Assembly: GCF_902459465.1 (NCBI RefSeq)
Contig: NC_047063.1
Coordinates: 2,170,001 to 2,234,000 of the forward strand
DNA from: Asterias rubens
Taxonomy: Eukaryota
Length of the DNA: 64,000 nucleotides
Direction: 5' to 3'
Shown: one piece after another, positions 49,301 to 62,330 of the stretch
How the letters are laid out: each line of letters begins with the position of its first letter
Numbering within the stretch: position 1 is the stretch's first letter
The notes under the pieces: model-generated
What the model was told of the DNA's origin: nothing
Database searches by the model: none
Seen by the model: only the letters and a program-made list of their open reading frames with translations
Position numbers and translations under genes: made by a program

Positions 49301-52300
49301 AAAGAATGTCCACGAAATTTTGGATAGCAAATAATTCTCTGTTTTAGAGAATAAATTGGGATATATTTTTTAGGCAAAAACGTATGCGAATTTTGGCTGT
49401 GTATTCTTCAAATGTCGCTGCATATATTCCAAAAATTACAGTACAAAAGCAAACGCGTAAAAATTCTACCACGGGAAAAGCGCTGGTTCCCTACACTTCC
49501 ACCGTTTACAGAATGTCGCAGTACCAGCAATTCAAATATGACCTTTCAACTCCCATTCAAAAGTAGGAAAATAAGGGATGTTCGCGACCACGCGGCGTTG
49601 TACCATTCTAAATCGTGCGATTTGATCGCAGACATCGTGTCCAGCGTCAGACATCGGGCGCCGATCATGGCAGACGCGTGTTTCCAGCGCTCATGCGAAA
49701 TGGGCTAAATGTTCCATGATACTTTTGCCTCATCAAAAACTCAAGGTGTAATAGTGATAAGCACTGTGTGAATCCTGTCAAAGGCCTTCATAATATAACT
49801 TGATGTCAGTAATACACTTAAATACTCACCACTCTGCTTTGGAAAGCTGCATCTTGCAGCTTTCTCTCTACATCATTGACTTCCTCCTGAGTCTTCAGGG
49901 GGAACGTATCCCCCATACTCAAACTGTCTGATGAGGAAGGTCCACCTTGCCTGTCGGCATCACTCAGCTTTTCCACTTTGCGCCGAATGGCCCTCTGTTC
50001 AGCTTTTATCTCCTCAAGGGTCTTGAAGATGCGGTCTGAAATAATCAAATAAACAATCTTGAAGTAAACACCAGTACCATGAAGGAATCATGCATTAACA
50101 TGCTTCAAGTGGATATCTTGTACAGTCTAGAACTCAAATGGTACTGTTCACAAAAAAAAACCTCCTATAGAAAGTTCCCTAAATAACAAGTCAATATCTA
50201 CAATGTTTTCTGATTAAAGGGTTTTAAATTTGCTAGGCCTGATGTTTTGAAATTTTAACCCCAACATTTTGATTTCAACTTGAATGGCCATTTGACGCTA
50301 TCGGACAACTTACAAGCTTTTGTCGAGTCATTGCACCCAAAGAAAAATCGTCAACAAAAAGTTGTTTTGAAACAAACTGCCAAAACAAATTATTGTCAGT
50401 ATCAGAACAAAAGTCACACGACCATATCCTTATGTTTCATAATGATTGAAAGTACATGTACAAGGATTGTTCAAAGGAGACGCTGATAATCTCTCAAAAT
50501 TGTTCACTTGTAAAAATATATTTAGTTTTTTTTACTCTGGGGCCAAAAAGTGAGCCAAAGAGATTTAAAAAGTGAACATGAATTTAGATTACTTTTTTAA
50601 AGGAGCACCTGAGGGTACACCAAGCACTGAATTTTCAAACACTGTCTTTCAACTAAAACAGGGTGAATCAGAAAGAATTGTGTTCACCGAAAATTATTTC
50701 TTTTACACTTTTATCCTCAACTTGTTTGATAAGGTATATTTTGTGTTAAAACAGCTTTAATATACTTTTTTAATACTACAAATTAACCAAACCAATCTTT
50801 AATCATCTTTAATTAAATAAAAGTGAAATTTTCATTCCTTTCCAAGAGCCAACACTAAATTGAATGGGAATGGGAACAGGTACATTGATAAGTATGGTTA
50901 TTTGAGTCCACAACATGATCTTGTGGAAAGGAATGAAAATGTAACGATTTATTTGAATGAGGATAATTCTCAGGATTGGTTTGGTCGATTTTTGTAATTT
51001 AAAAAAGTATATTGAAGCTATTTTATTATAGATTATACCTTATCAAACCAATGTCTACAAATTGAGGATAAAACTGTCAAAAAAAAATATTTTCGGTAAA
51101 CACAGTTCTTTTAGATACACACTGTATTTCAACCCAGTCAGATGATATGACTGTATGCTTCTATGATTTGAACATCACACACTTGGAGTAAAACAACCTA
51201 ACACCTTTGCATTGTGATTGAAACACTACCCTATTTGCTTTACAATGTTTTTTATTTCTCATTACAATTCGTGAAATATCAAACTATAACAAAAACTTAC
51301 GCAAAATAGTCTCAATTGTTGAGGTACGGACCATGTCCTGTCCTTTAGGTGAGCTCCCCGAGGTGCTAGCTCTTGGAGTTGACACTGGAACAAATATCAG
51401 ATAGCAAATTTCAGTGCAATATTGAGAAACTTCTGTTTCAATTAAATTTCCCAAAAATTTCTCATTGTCATGATTGTGAAGCACGATTTGAGATTCACGC
51501 AAGACTAATGAGAAGGAGAGGTGAGCCATCATGTCGACACACACTCCTAGATATCTCCTAAAAGGTGCAAGCTTTCTTAGTCTTATTGCATAAAATCAAA
51601 ACTATACCAGTCTTGGATTACAAACAAAAATAGTACAGCTGACCCACTGATTGGAAAGCATAATTTTGTTTTTACCACATTGGCTGTATACCAATTCAAA
51701 CGTGAACTTTCAGTTTCGCCCATTAAGCAAGGTAAACATGGGGTCTTATTGTGGCCGAAATGTCAAGTGGTTTACGACCTACATGTACAATTTGAGGTTA
51801 GAGTTATTAATTTTTGAAAGCTTTTCCTGACTGCAGTCATGCTTCTCAGATTCAAGTTTTTGGGAATGAAAATCATCTCTTTCCCTACAACCACATAAAT
51901 TTGAAGGGATTTTCTTTCTCAAAAATGTATTATTACTATCAACAGTTGCAGCGCACCTTGCCAAGTAAGTTTTCATGTCAATATTTGTTTTGAGTAATTA
52001 CTAAATGTGTGGCTTTACAACTGACCACGTCATTGTCAAGTCACTGCAATGAACACACTATTGTACTGATATTGCTTGTATATAGTCACTCCAAGTTTAA
52101 TTTCAAACTCATGTACGGAAGATTGGAAATAAATTGTGAAAACAAAACAATTCTAGCAGCTATAATTACTAGCAAATTGAGTTTTAAAAATTGCTATTCT
52201 CTCAAGAGTTTACTTACACGCTCGTTTTGGTGTCACTACTGATGGGGTATGTCGGTCAAGAACTGCAGGTGGTGTAGGAAGTACCGGTAGGCCTACAGGT

Positions 52301-55300
52301 GGCGTAGGTACAGCTGATACCGGTGTTACAGATGTGGTTGGATTATCATCCGAATCAGTATCTGAATACTGTCTTGCAGCCCTAAGAGATTTAAAATGAT
52401 AATGATTGGCAAAGGTTAGAACAGGAAAATAAAATTGACAGATAGAACTACATGTATTTTGATCTACACAAAGTCAAAATTTAGACAAAACATATTCATA
52501 ACTGTTAGAAATGTTACAAATATGGTGATCCTCAGTGCAAAAATCAAAATGACAAAGTGTGATATGGGTAATGTCATTACTATGATTTCCAGAAATGTTG
52601 ATTTGACGAAATTGAAACATGTAAGAAAATGTGGCAAGCTTGGTAACCTTGTAAGTTTATGGAGGGGGTACAATATACCGGTACCTTGTTGAACTTGTCA
52701 ATTGTTAGCGTGGCCCCCAAAGATCCAGGGATAACAGAGACTGGGGTAGGGTGTAGTTTTGTGAAGTGTTACTAACACACAGTACTGGCTAAGTCTCTGC
52801 AGGAGTGCAGGACCCAGCACTCTTTTTCATTGGTACCAGTACCCCACCCAGTACAGATTGTATTCTACTAAAGCTTGCTTTGTTATTTGTACAACCATGG
52901 CAGTATATGCCATGCAAACCAGTTGGTACAATCAATCATCAAAACTGGCAATGGAACACTTGCAAAATGATTTTGACCGTTCCATGACATCTGGATTTTT
53001 CACAGTGAATAATTTAATAGATGAGAAAATTTGTATCGAACATTTTTTTCCATGAAAAACGATCGAGAATCCATGAAAGTGCAAATTAATTATTCTTGTT
53101 TTTACATTCTGGCACCAAACACAGCTTTTCAAGGTATTTTTATCATGTTTTCTTGAGTTGTAGTGAAACACATTTGACCATGGTTCAACTCACTTCATCA
53201 GTCCATTGACCCGCCATGTCTTTGCTCTAATATAGACTTGCAAAGCTACATGTGCCTACAGTCTTCAATTTGCCCGAGTTTGTTGTTGACAAACTATGTT
53301 TTGACTCTTGCCCATGTTCTAGGAGACTACTTGACAAGTGTGATTTATTACCTTTTACGTCTTTTTGTTCGCCCCAAGTTCTCAATATCTGTAGAGTCTG
53401 CATTAGAGCTGTCCTCAAGTCGCAGCAACTTGCGATTTAATTGCTTCATCCCAGTCATCTGAATATTACAGGATATGGTATACTAAACAAACTCAAACGT
53501 ATTGTGCACATATTGCCATTAGCAATGTTCTCACTGTGTGAGATTCAACACATAAATGTAAGTGAAAAAAACCTGTAAAAATAAACAGAAGGATGGGCCA
53601 TTTGGGAGACCATACACATAAAGGAAAACAAAAAAACAAAAAACAAAAAAAAACAATTTCAAAATGTTTCCGGTCCTTTTTCCACAAGTTTTGTATTATT
53701 ACTAATTAGACCATGAGCAAATGACTGTAATCCGGTTACGACAACAATATTTTGTCTCTAAAGGTTGGCTGTTACATTAGGGCGACCTCCAAGAAACTAA
53801 GTGCACCCATTAGTACACATGCAGCAACTAAGGGGATTATAAGGAACTAAACCTGTGTCTAGTATAGATGCTCCACTGCACTATGGACATTTACATAGGA
53901 CAAAGGAACTATGAATTTACCCACTAAATGTGAATCTAATTACAGGTGTATATGTACAGAGAAAATTGGAAAATTAAAGTGAATGCATGGTAAAAAAAGA
54001 AGAAAAAAGGTATCCTTGGACTTCTTGAGGTCAAGAAGTCAATTAACTCCAGTTAAAACTCTTTTATAAAATAATTTGGAGAGAAAACAACCCAGGGCCA
54101 AGAAAGTGTACAAGAAATAATTTAAACCAAATTAAGTAACCAAAATCAGAGTCCTTCAACAACATGGAAACATAATAAAATCTCTGAACATCACCAGTAA
54201 CTACATGTACAGTGTGAAAACTAAACAAAAAGGACTACTGTGCCAGTCCAGTGCCACTTCTAGTACCATCTTGGTTCACACGCCCCAATAAACATTGAAT
54301 AAACAAATGTGGTCAGAGAAGTCTTTGCTGGGTGATAAAACATGTGGCAAACCAATTACTGCATCCTGTTCTAATTTCGAAACTATGTGCACCTCATTAC
54401 ATATGCAGCAACTTAGGGGATTAAGGAACAAAACTGTGGGTATACTACACTGCACTATGGACATTAACACAGGACAAAGGAATTTACCCACTAAATGTGA
54501 ATCTATGTAGTTTATATGTAGTTTGTACAGAGAAAAGTGGAATATTAAAGCTTTGGCAATCAGCGGCAATGCATGGTTGAAAATAAGTAAAACTAGTGAA
54601 AATAAGTCAAATTAGAGTTATGTTAGTTCAAACACAGAAATAAGCTGTTGCTATATAATATGCCTACAGGGTACGTGAGTCTGAAAAAAGCTTAACCAAA
54701 TGAACACATTTTTTATGAAAAAGCCGTTTAGGTTTTGAACAAATAATCAATTTTATTTGATGCGATGTGCATTCAAGTTACAGTCGTTTTTTGTATCCAT
54801 TTTTAATGCTTGTTGAGATCCCTATCTGAAAATAAGGTATGTACAGTACATGTACATGTACGTGCTGTACACTAATAATACTGTGGTCAAGCATTCTTTC
54901 CTCCACGAGTCAAGTAATATTTGAAAACCGCCTGTATGCTTAGTAGGTATTGCATACAAAATAGTGCTTATTCTAAACATACTGTGAAAGATTAGCATTC
55001 TCGCAGCGTTTGTGAAATTTATGCATCCCACAAATTTATGTTCTCATTAAATTCTGTTAGCCGACAAAAAAACTACTAAAAGCAAATTTTGGGTAATCGA
55101 AACAAAAAGACCTACTTCACACATACCCCCCCCCCCCCATTGCTGGAACAGAAACAGAGATGATTTACAGGGTACCCGTGTCATTAGTGTTCCAAGCCAA
55201 GACCTAGTCAGACGTACCACTCTTGAAACTGAGACATGTCTTGAGCCCAGCACTGACATGGATTCTTTAAAGTTGCAGTGTTAAAATCAGTTGTTAGGGG

Positions 55301-56131
55301 GAACTGGTCCTTCTTTCTTTGTAAGTGACTGTAGTTTGCCCAAACTCTGGTATCTGAAACTTTCGGAGTAAACTTGTAAGAATACTTGAATTCACGCAAC
55401 AGACATTTTTCGTTAATCAATTTGGAGGTATGAAAAATATGTGTATTTTGCAAGATTTTCTTAAACATTATTCTCTAAATATTTTTCCAAAGGCCTTTAT
55501 TTTTTAATTGTTAAAACTTATTTTAGTGAATGCTTTATTTGTTCATACTCCTGCACATGAACTTATACAAAGTTTCATTTTCGCTTTTTTCCTAATTTTA
55601 AATTCTTTGAAAATTAAACTTTCAAATGAGGATATTCTAGTGCAAGAGGATTCACTTTATTATATAGTTCAGTCCAATTTCCACTTGCTTTTCGGGCAGG
55701 AAAAAGTTTCATAAAGAAGCACTTCCATAGAGCATTATTAGACAGGGAAAAATCCACATGGCATATTCCTTATCAGGAAAACACCAAACTGCTTGTTTCC
55801 TAAATCCTTATTTAGAAACACAGTACACAGTTTGACTGATTAGGCATTATACCAAACTGGCCAGAGGAATGGAAATTAGTGCATGTACACAGTTAGTTTG
55901 TACTATGAAACAAACATTGTTTAACTTACTTGAAGTAAACCACTCCTTGATGGGAAATGACTCCCAGTCATCTCCTGGAATCTCCCTTCGTCTGCAAGCA
56001 TTACGACATCGTGTTGTGTCATCATAGGGAGGCCAAAGGGCACAGCTAATCCCATCAAGCCATGTAGATGGGATGACTGCCAGGGTCTTCTCATCAGTGA
56101 ACTCTACTACTCTGTAAATATGGTCTGGCAT
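46365..56131 (-). CDS. Spliced DUF4806-type transposon accessory gene, one apparent frameshift
   Basis: Exons 55930-56131 (YRVVEF..VIPSTWL..WPPY..PGDDW), 53352-53458, 52218-52381, 51301-51384, 49830-50035 (FPLKTQEEVNDVERKL), ~48072-48178 (ITEGVRKMLEETLNNSVALGYN), 46365-~46649 (WFDGAKDRQGGRKRR). Phases agree except a +1 shift near 53441; the last junction is unresolved. Confidence 0.7.
46390..46563 (-). repeat. 87-bp (29-codon) tandem duplication in last exon of accessory gene
   Basis: RQGGRKRRSRDD(L/R)EPQVPAEDNPVELDAG occurs twice with near-identical DNA. Confidence 0.9.
50659..51124. mobile_element. Long-TIR MITE, Tc1/mariner-like, intronic
   Basis: Left cagggtgaatcagaaagaattgtgttcaccgaaaat.. 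and reverse-complemented right tacagtgtgtatctaaaagaactgtgtttaccgaaaat..; ~200-bp imperfect arms. Confidence 0.7.
53795..54568 (+). repeat. Dispersed direct duplication of ~190 bp (53795-53992 and 54381-54568)
   Basis: Shared atgcagcaact.aggggatta, actgcactatggacatt, gaatttacccactaaatgtgaatcta, gtacagagaaaa. Confidence 0.8.
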
Positions 56132-56662
56132 GTTTTCTGATCTATTTGGTAAAAATTAATTATCGTTAATGATTAATTTGAAATTGGATTCCAGGACCTG
56201 CAAAAAATGCAGTGTTTTATGTCAGCACTAATCTACAGCAATATCCTGCAGTAATGAACTATAGGTTGTAGTTTTAGTTAGAAAATTTGCCAGCAATAAT
56301 TATGTACACGAACAAAAAATTTTAAAAATGAAGTTACGGCAAAGGTGACATAGCAAATGAACTGTTCCAGGTATGTTATATTTAATTTTTAAAATGACAC
56401 TTGACAAGGCATGGTTGAGAGCCCTACAAACTAATCCTACCTAAGTGTAAAAACCTGATCTTACTGCACTGTTCTCCCGCAGTTTAAGGAACAAGTCCAG
56501 CCGGAACATTATTCACAAGTGCGCTAGCAAAACAGGGAACTAACTTTCATGTACATAACCAACCATGCCTGTGTACTGTCTGCATTAATCATTCAAAGCC
56601 ACGAACATAATTTCAGTCAATTCACTTTGATCCATTCCCCCAATCAGATTGCTTATTGAGCT

Positions 56663-58978
56663 CTACACAAACTGATGCAAAAGAGGAATAAGAATGTAAG
56701 AGTTCTTGTAGGGAAGCCTGATGTATTTACAGCTAACTTCTGATAATGCAGCGCACCTAAGGGAACTTGAAAGTTCAGATACTTGAAATATTCCTAAATG
56801 AGATGAGGGAAGTGGATAATCAAAGAAGTCTGAGGCTCTTTTGAACGGTTCATATAGAATACAAACATCTGAATCATGTTTTTGAAGAATATTGCGAATC
56901 AGGCCTTTGTCATCACCTACACGGATACAGTTATCTGCCTTTTGCACAGAGAAAAACAAATTGCCACAGTGCACATTTGTAAACTGGGTATAACCTCTGT
57001 ATGTATAGGGAAGTGGTCCTGCCGTATGTTTCTTTCTAGGAATGTTATCCATTGTTTTTGAAGGTTTGCCAGCCTCTTCTTGTCTCTTTCTTTCTGAAAT
57101 TCGTCTTATAACTTGCGATAATGGATCATTGGGTTTTCTCAACATCCTTTTCAGTTTACCCAAGAAACTTTCAAAAGCAAAAGCTGAGAACTTGTCAAGG
57201 GGACCAAACTTTCTCACATCAGCAGTTATGTGTATCAAATTGTGTACATTATACACTAACATGTTTTTACCATAAAGATCACCAAACTGCTGTACAAATA
57301 GCAGTAGCAACTTCTCTGCATAATCACACATATATGTACTCAGACAATACACTGGATTACACAAACAAAATATTGCCACAAAAAACAATAAGAAATGCTT
57401 ATAGAATGTCTCAGGCAAATCTGTCTTCAGTGAAACAATGCCACTGTAAAGTATAAACTGACGGAATTCTGTTGCTTTCCACCTATCAAATTCACTAAGT
57501 GATCTGCATTTCCTTGGGAATTCACGTGGGATATAGGAGTGAAACGACAACAACAAATCAGAAATAGCTTGAACATTATTGCCACCTATCCGACATCTGG
57601 TCACCACTGGACCTCTTATCCAAAGCCCAATAAGCTTCTTCACTACACCAAGATATATAAGATGCATGGGATCAAGAACAAATTGAGACACCAAACCAAC
57701 AGATAATCTACATAAAGGAGTCTGAGTTGGTCCATGGTGATTGCGGTCTGACATTTCATTCACACTTTCATCAGTGCGTAACTGAGCATCAGTTTGTGGA
57801 AAGGTAACTTTGTCTTGCCAATCCCCGCGTTGAACACATCTTTCGCACCCATAATATGCATTGTGTGATTTAGTTCCCTTCACCATTGCCCGAGCAGGTG
57901 CATCACAGATGAAACAAGATATCTCAACCAAAATGGGATTCATTGATCTTTCCACTAATACACCATGTGATTCAATACTTTTCATCTCGTCAACAAAATC
58001 ATGAAGATATTCCTCCATACTTAAAGGCTTGTGCTCACCACAGAACAGACCTATAATAAATGGTGCAGAATCCTCAAGTTCAATAATCCTACCCAATATG
58101 GGCCAGAGTTGTGTTTTGGAACTCTTGAAGAGTGGAATCCCATCAATGTTGATTTGAATGTGAAGTAATTGCACATTCATTGAAATATTAACTATGCCAA
58201 GTTTCTCTGAAACACCTTTTGCAATTCCAAAGTGATAATACTTTCCCCCAGCAATTCCCTTCAATTCATAGGACCGCTTTGTTGAAAGGAGTGTCCGCGG
58301 ATCTTTTGGTAAACTTGGGAAGTGTGCATGCAATAACTTTAAAAGATCTCGCAAAGCAACATGAGCAACACAGTGTTTGGTAGCCCATGAAGCCAACTCA
58401 AATGCTACATCTTCTGTTTCATTTTTACATGAATTACTAATACTAGCCTCATCGCTGGACCCATCATCAGATGTGGGAAATGAGTACCAGCTCAAAACAG
58501 TTGATACATCACTGTCAATGTCATCACCTTCATCATGAAGTGGCTCTACGAAATGATCTTGATAATAAGTTTCAGACAGGTGGGGTTCAGGAGTATCAAG
58601 AGTAACGCTGAATTGTGAATCTCCTTCATGTTCAAACTCTGCCATGTTTGTCTTGTTTGTAATGTCAGATAATATACTATGAGCATCACCATGATCGCCA
58701 CTGTCGGTACTAGCACTAGCAGTAGTGCCATGGCCAGTAACCTCAATCATGTCAATGCTACCATCTTGATAGGCTCCAACCTGACCGGTATGATTGGGCT
58801 GCACTTCACACAAATTTACCCCAGGTTCTTCTGTTTGACAAGGGATTAGAGGTTCATCATTCGACTGACAAGGTGTCTCTATTGCATTCAACCAGTTGAC
58901 AACATTATGCATGTGAGCAGCTGTATTATCATTTACAGTTCTGCGCTTTGTCCAATAAGATCCCCCATTCCGTTTCAT
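56663..58978 (-). CDS. CACTA/EnSpm-like DDE transposase (771 aa), intact ORF
   Basis: LPKDPRTLL, QINIDGIPLFKSSKTQLWPILG, FICDAPARA..K.HNAYYGCERC, DPMHLIYLGVVKKL, WKATEFRQF, YNVHNLIH, FAFESFLG; putative D-D-E residues retained; intronless. Confidence 0.9.
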   Translation of the reverse strand: MKRNGGSYWTKRRTVNDNTAAHMHNVVNWLNAIETPCQSNDEPLIPCQTEEPGVNLCEVQPNHTGQVGAYQDGSIDMIEVTGHGTTASASTDSGDHGDAHSILSDITNKTNMAEFEHEGDSQFSVTLDTPEPHLSETYYQDHFVEPLHDEGDDIDSDVSTVLSWYSFPTSDDGSSDEASISNSCKNETEDVAFELASWATKHCVAHVALRDLLKLLHAHFPSLPKDPRTLLSTKRSYELKGIAGGKYYHFGIAKGVSEKLGIVNISMNVQLLHIQINIDGIPLFKSSKTQLWPILGRIIELEDSAPFIIGLFCGEHKPLSMEEYLHDFVDEMKSIESHGVLVERSMNPILVEISCFICDAPARAMVKGTKSHNAYYGCERCVQRGDWQDKVTFPQTDAQLRTDESVNEMSDRNHHGPTQTPLCRLSVGLVSQFVLDPMHLIYLGVVKKLIGLWIRGPVVTRCRIGGNNVQAISDLLLSFHSYIPREFPRKCRSLSEFDRWKATEFRQFILYSGIVSLKTDLPETFYKHFLLFFVAIFCLCNPVYCLSTYMCDYAEKLLLLFVQQFGDLYGKNMLVYNVHNLIHITADVRKFGPLDKFSAFAFESFLGKLKRMLRKPNDPLSQVIRRISERKRQEEAGKPSKTMDNIPRKKHTAGPLPYTYRGYTQFTNVHCGNLFFSVQKADNCIRVGDDKGLIRNILQKHDSDVCILYEPFKRASDFFDYPLPSSHLGIFQVSELSSSLRCAALSEVSCKYIRLPYKNSYILIPLLHQFV

Positions 58979-61900
58979 GGTGTTGTCGCGATGAAGGGTA
59001 TTAATATCAAAACGTGAATTTAATTTTCAATGATCGTATCATCTGGAACATAATTTGTTTACTATTTAATAATAAAAGTAGGTGATGAAGAGGCAAGGCA
59101 ATAAAAAGCAATGGCGCAACGTTGACAAAAATTCCCAAAACTTTAGTTTTATCTGTTAAATAAAACGTGTTAGATTTAATTAATTCTTTCGGGAAAAAAA
59201 ATCTAGCTAGGCCTAGGTCTAAATCTGACTACATTTACGGCCTAGGCTGTCCTGGCTGTATGATTTGATTAATTCATACCAAACAGAAGTAGAGAAATTC
59301 CTCAAAGTTCCTTGTCCAGGCGTTGATCGAGGATGTCAGTTGTCGATGTCACGCAGCACGGATGTGAAGATCACGGAGCGGCGAAAGCAAGTGGTAGAGC
59401 ACAGTGCGCCGGCGAGTTGTGCCACGTACGTCGGCAAGACCGGTTGTCTTGAGAGCATTCTAGGCTTGTGATTGGCTCATAGTTCATTTCTATGGTGAGC
59501 ATTAATCGTTGATCTGCGCCCTCTATATATTTATAAAAACAATTTATGTGACAAACGACTCCATGTGTTAAAATATTAGCCAGAATAACTGCAAAGATTG
59601 TAATAAAACAAAATCAAAAATTTTAAAACTGCTCTGGTGAGTCAAAAACTTTGGACCTTGTTTAGCCGACTGTTATTTTTATTATTTAACACGAACGAGC
59701 CTATTACTCCGTGTCTGGGATAGTCTGGCTCCCAGACCTAAATACTTTTGATTACATGTGTTGAATGACCGGTTCGTCAGAAAATAATTTGTCAATAAAC
59801 CAGACTAAAGCGTGGTCGCACCACAGATCATGACCACGTCCATTTTAATGTGTAGGGGCTTTTTATGGTGTTTACCAATAATAATGAGTTGAAGTCCCAG
59901 TCTTTCGTTTGTCCTTTCTTTGTAATTTTATTTATAGTTTTTAATGTTTAAAAGTGTGATTGATCTTATTTTAAGATTGAACAGTATGAAAATACTGAAA
60001 TAAAAGTATCCTGTAAAGTTGATCTGACATGACTGTTTCGATTTGGTTGATCATTTTTTGACTTTAATCAGTGTTTTTTAAAATTTAAATCATTCAGTGG
60101 TCTACTGTACTTCTTGTTAATGATATTCCTGCGCTGCACAAGGTAACTTTTGAAGTTAGCAGTAGTGTGTTCTCCGTTAGGTCGTGCTTGTCTGGCTCTG
60201 CTTCGCCGTTGGCGGCGCCATGATTAAGAGGTTTTTCGGCTAAAGGGGGCGCCATTAATTTGCCCGCCTCGTGAAAAATATGCTGCCGACATGACCGTCC
60301 CTTATTCGGACAAATTAGTAGGATGATATTAATTTTTATATCGGTAAATGTAAACCTTACCATTGTTTGTAAACATTGACGCCATTTGTATGGCCTGCCG
60401 CAAGCCCACCGATTGAAAACATGGATAGCAACCTACTTTGCCCCAAAACAGTCTCATAACACTTAAGAAATAAAAGGCTGGCTATGAATTCTGTAGCTTT
60501 GCATTATTTACTTTTGTGTAGTTTTAACAATCAACTCAGTTCTTTAATATTTCTTCTTCATTTTTGCAGCGTCGGTCGGCATGGTTTACCGAGCCCTGGT
60601 TGGCAAAAATATGTTCTTTGTTTTTTACATGGGCGCGTGCATATCCGTTATAATGCCAATACCAATGCCCGTCTGTTTGTGAAAACGACAAAATGCGATT
60701 CCTGAGATAAGCGCCCCTTTTATACGCAATTAATACTTCAGCAAAGTTTTGCTCAAGAATGTTTGTCTTTGTCCATAATGTGGGTTTAAGGCCAATACGT
60801 GTAAAAGACGACGGATTTGAGCAACAAGATTTTATCCAATTAGTCCCGGACAATTTTGGGAAAATATGCATTTTTTAGAATTAAAACGAAACAGAATTAC
60901 TTGTAATAACCCACGCGGGATTTCGGATACACATTTGGCGAAATAGATTGAGGATAATATTATATTAAAAGAAAACAGGAATGCGGAATAGGAATTTTGG
61001 AAGGAAACAAACAAATAAAACAAAACATGCGAATGGCATAAGATGAAAACAAAAATCAAACATGCTACCGGCCGAGGTATAATTATACATATTGCATCTT
61101 TTCTTCTCTCCCTTTCTGTCCCGTGTAAGTTTTCTCTCTTCCCCAAGCGACCCCCCCCCCCCCCCTGCCTCAGGGCGTGTCGTTGTTGTAGGCCTAACTT
61201 AAATTTACTGGCCAACTTCTAGCTACGGGTGAACACATTCTGGAGATCATAACAAATTATTTGAAAATGAAACTTCTTCATACGATCTCTTGACAAGAAT
61301 TTTGAAGCAATACAAAATCAAATGAAATACTTGGTAGCACGAATAATGTCGGGATCCCATTATATCAATTCATTTTTAGAAAGCTTACACAAAGCTTGTA
61401 TTATGACATCAATACAGTTTAATCTCATAATTTTTCTTTTTTTATTAAATTACAAAAAATAGGCCCAAATGTATTGAAATTGGGCATGATAATAAAATGT
61501 GATAATTTGCCAGAGCGCATGGATAACACCTTTTAAGTGGACTCGGGGTATGACAAAGAGTACCGTCATTTTGAGACAATTTGCTATTTCCTTTTATTGT
61601 TCTTTACTTTTTAAGACTTATTCAAATAATAAACACATTTTTCCATCACTTAACAACATCTTGGTAAGATACGGTCACCCCAACTCTGAAGTGGGGATTA
61701 TACCCAGCCAACCGGATTTTGTTAGTTCCGTGGAAGATCGTCAAAGAACGGGAAGCCCCCGACAATTTTGAAATTGTCTGGGTGATTCGGGAATCCTTTT
61801 TTAGTGTATTCCAACCTAATTCTAGATTATTCTTACACATTTCATAGGGTTATTTTATGTGTTTCTGGGTGATTCTCGAGTTATTCGTGTATAAATGGTA

Positions 61901-62330
61901 TCATACAACATTGGTAATGTTGATGGCAAAGTGTTCATACTCTGTGCGATTCAACATACACGGGAAATAACAAACCTGTGAATAGTGAGCTCAATTGGTC
62001 ACCCGTCACGGGAAAATTGTGAAAAACTGTTTCAATTTTGTCACAGCAAATTGTAGTCGTTGATAGCCATGGAAAATCTATGACTATATCAACGATCATT
62101 CGGCCGGACCATCGTTTGAAAAACTACAAAATTAATGTTTTCTATAGAAAATGGAAGAATTTCAGACGCTAAAATTTCACTGGATGACTTGTACCTACTT
62201 ATAAGTAAGTAATTTCATTCTTACTCAACAATTCTGATTAAGGGTTTCTGCAAATGGTGTATCCTCCCTTTAAAGACAAAATTGCTATATCATTCTTTAC
62301 AAAAACGCTTCAATTCAAAAATAATCTGAA

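Noticed and set aside
59265-60363. Short GC-richer ORFs upstream of the transposase
   Set aside because: No recognisable domains; more likely promoter or 5' UTR sequence of the element.
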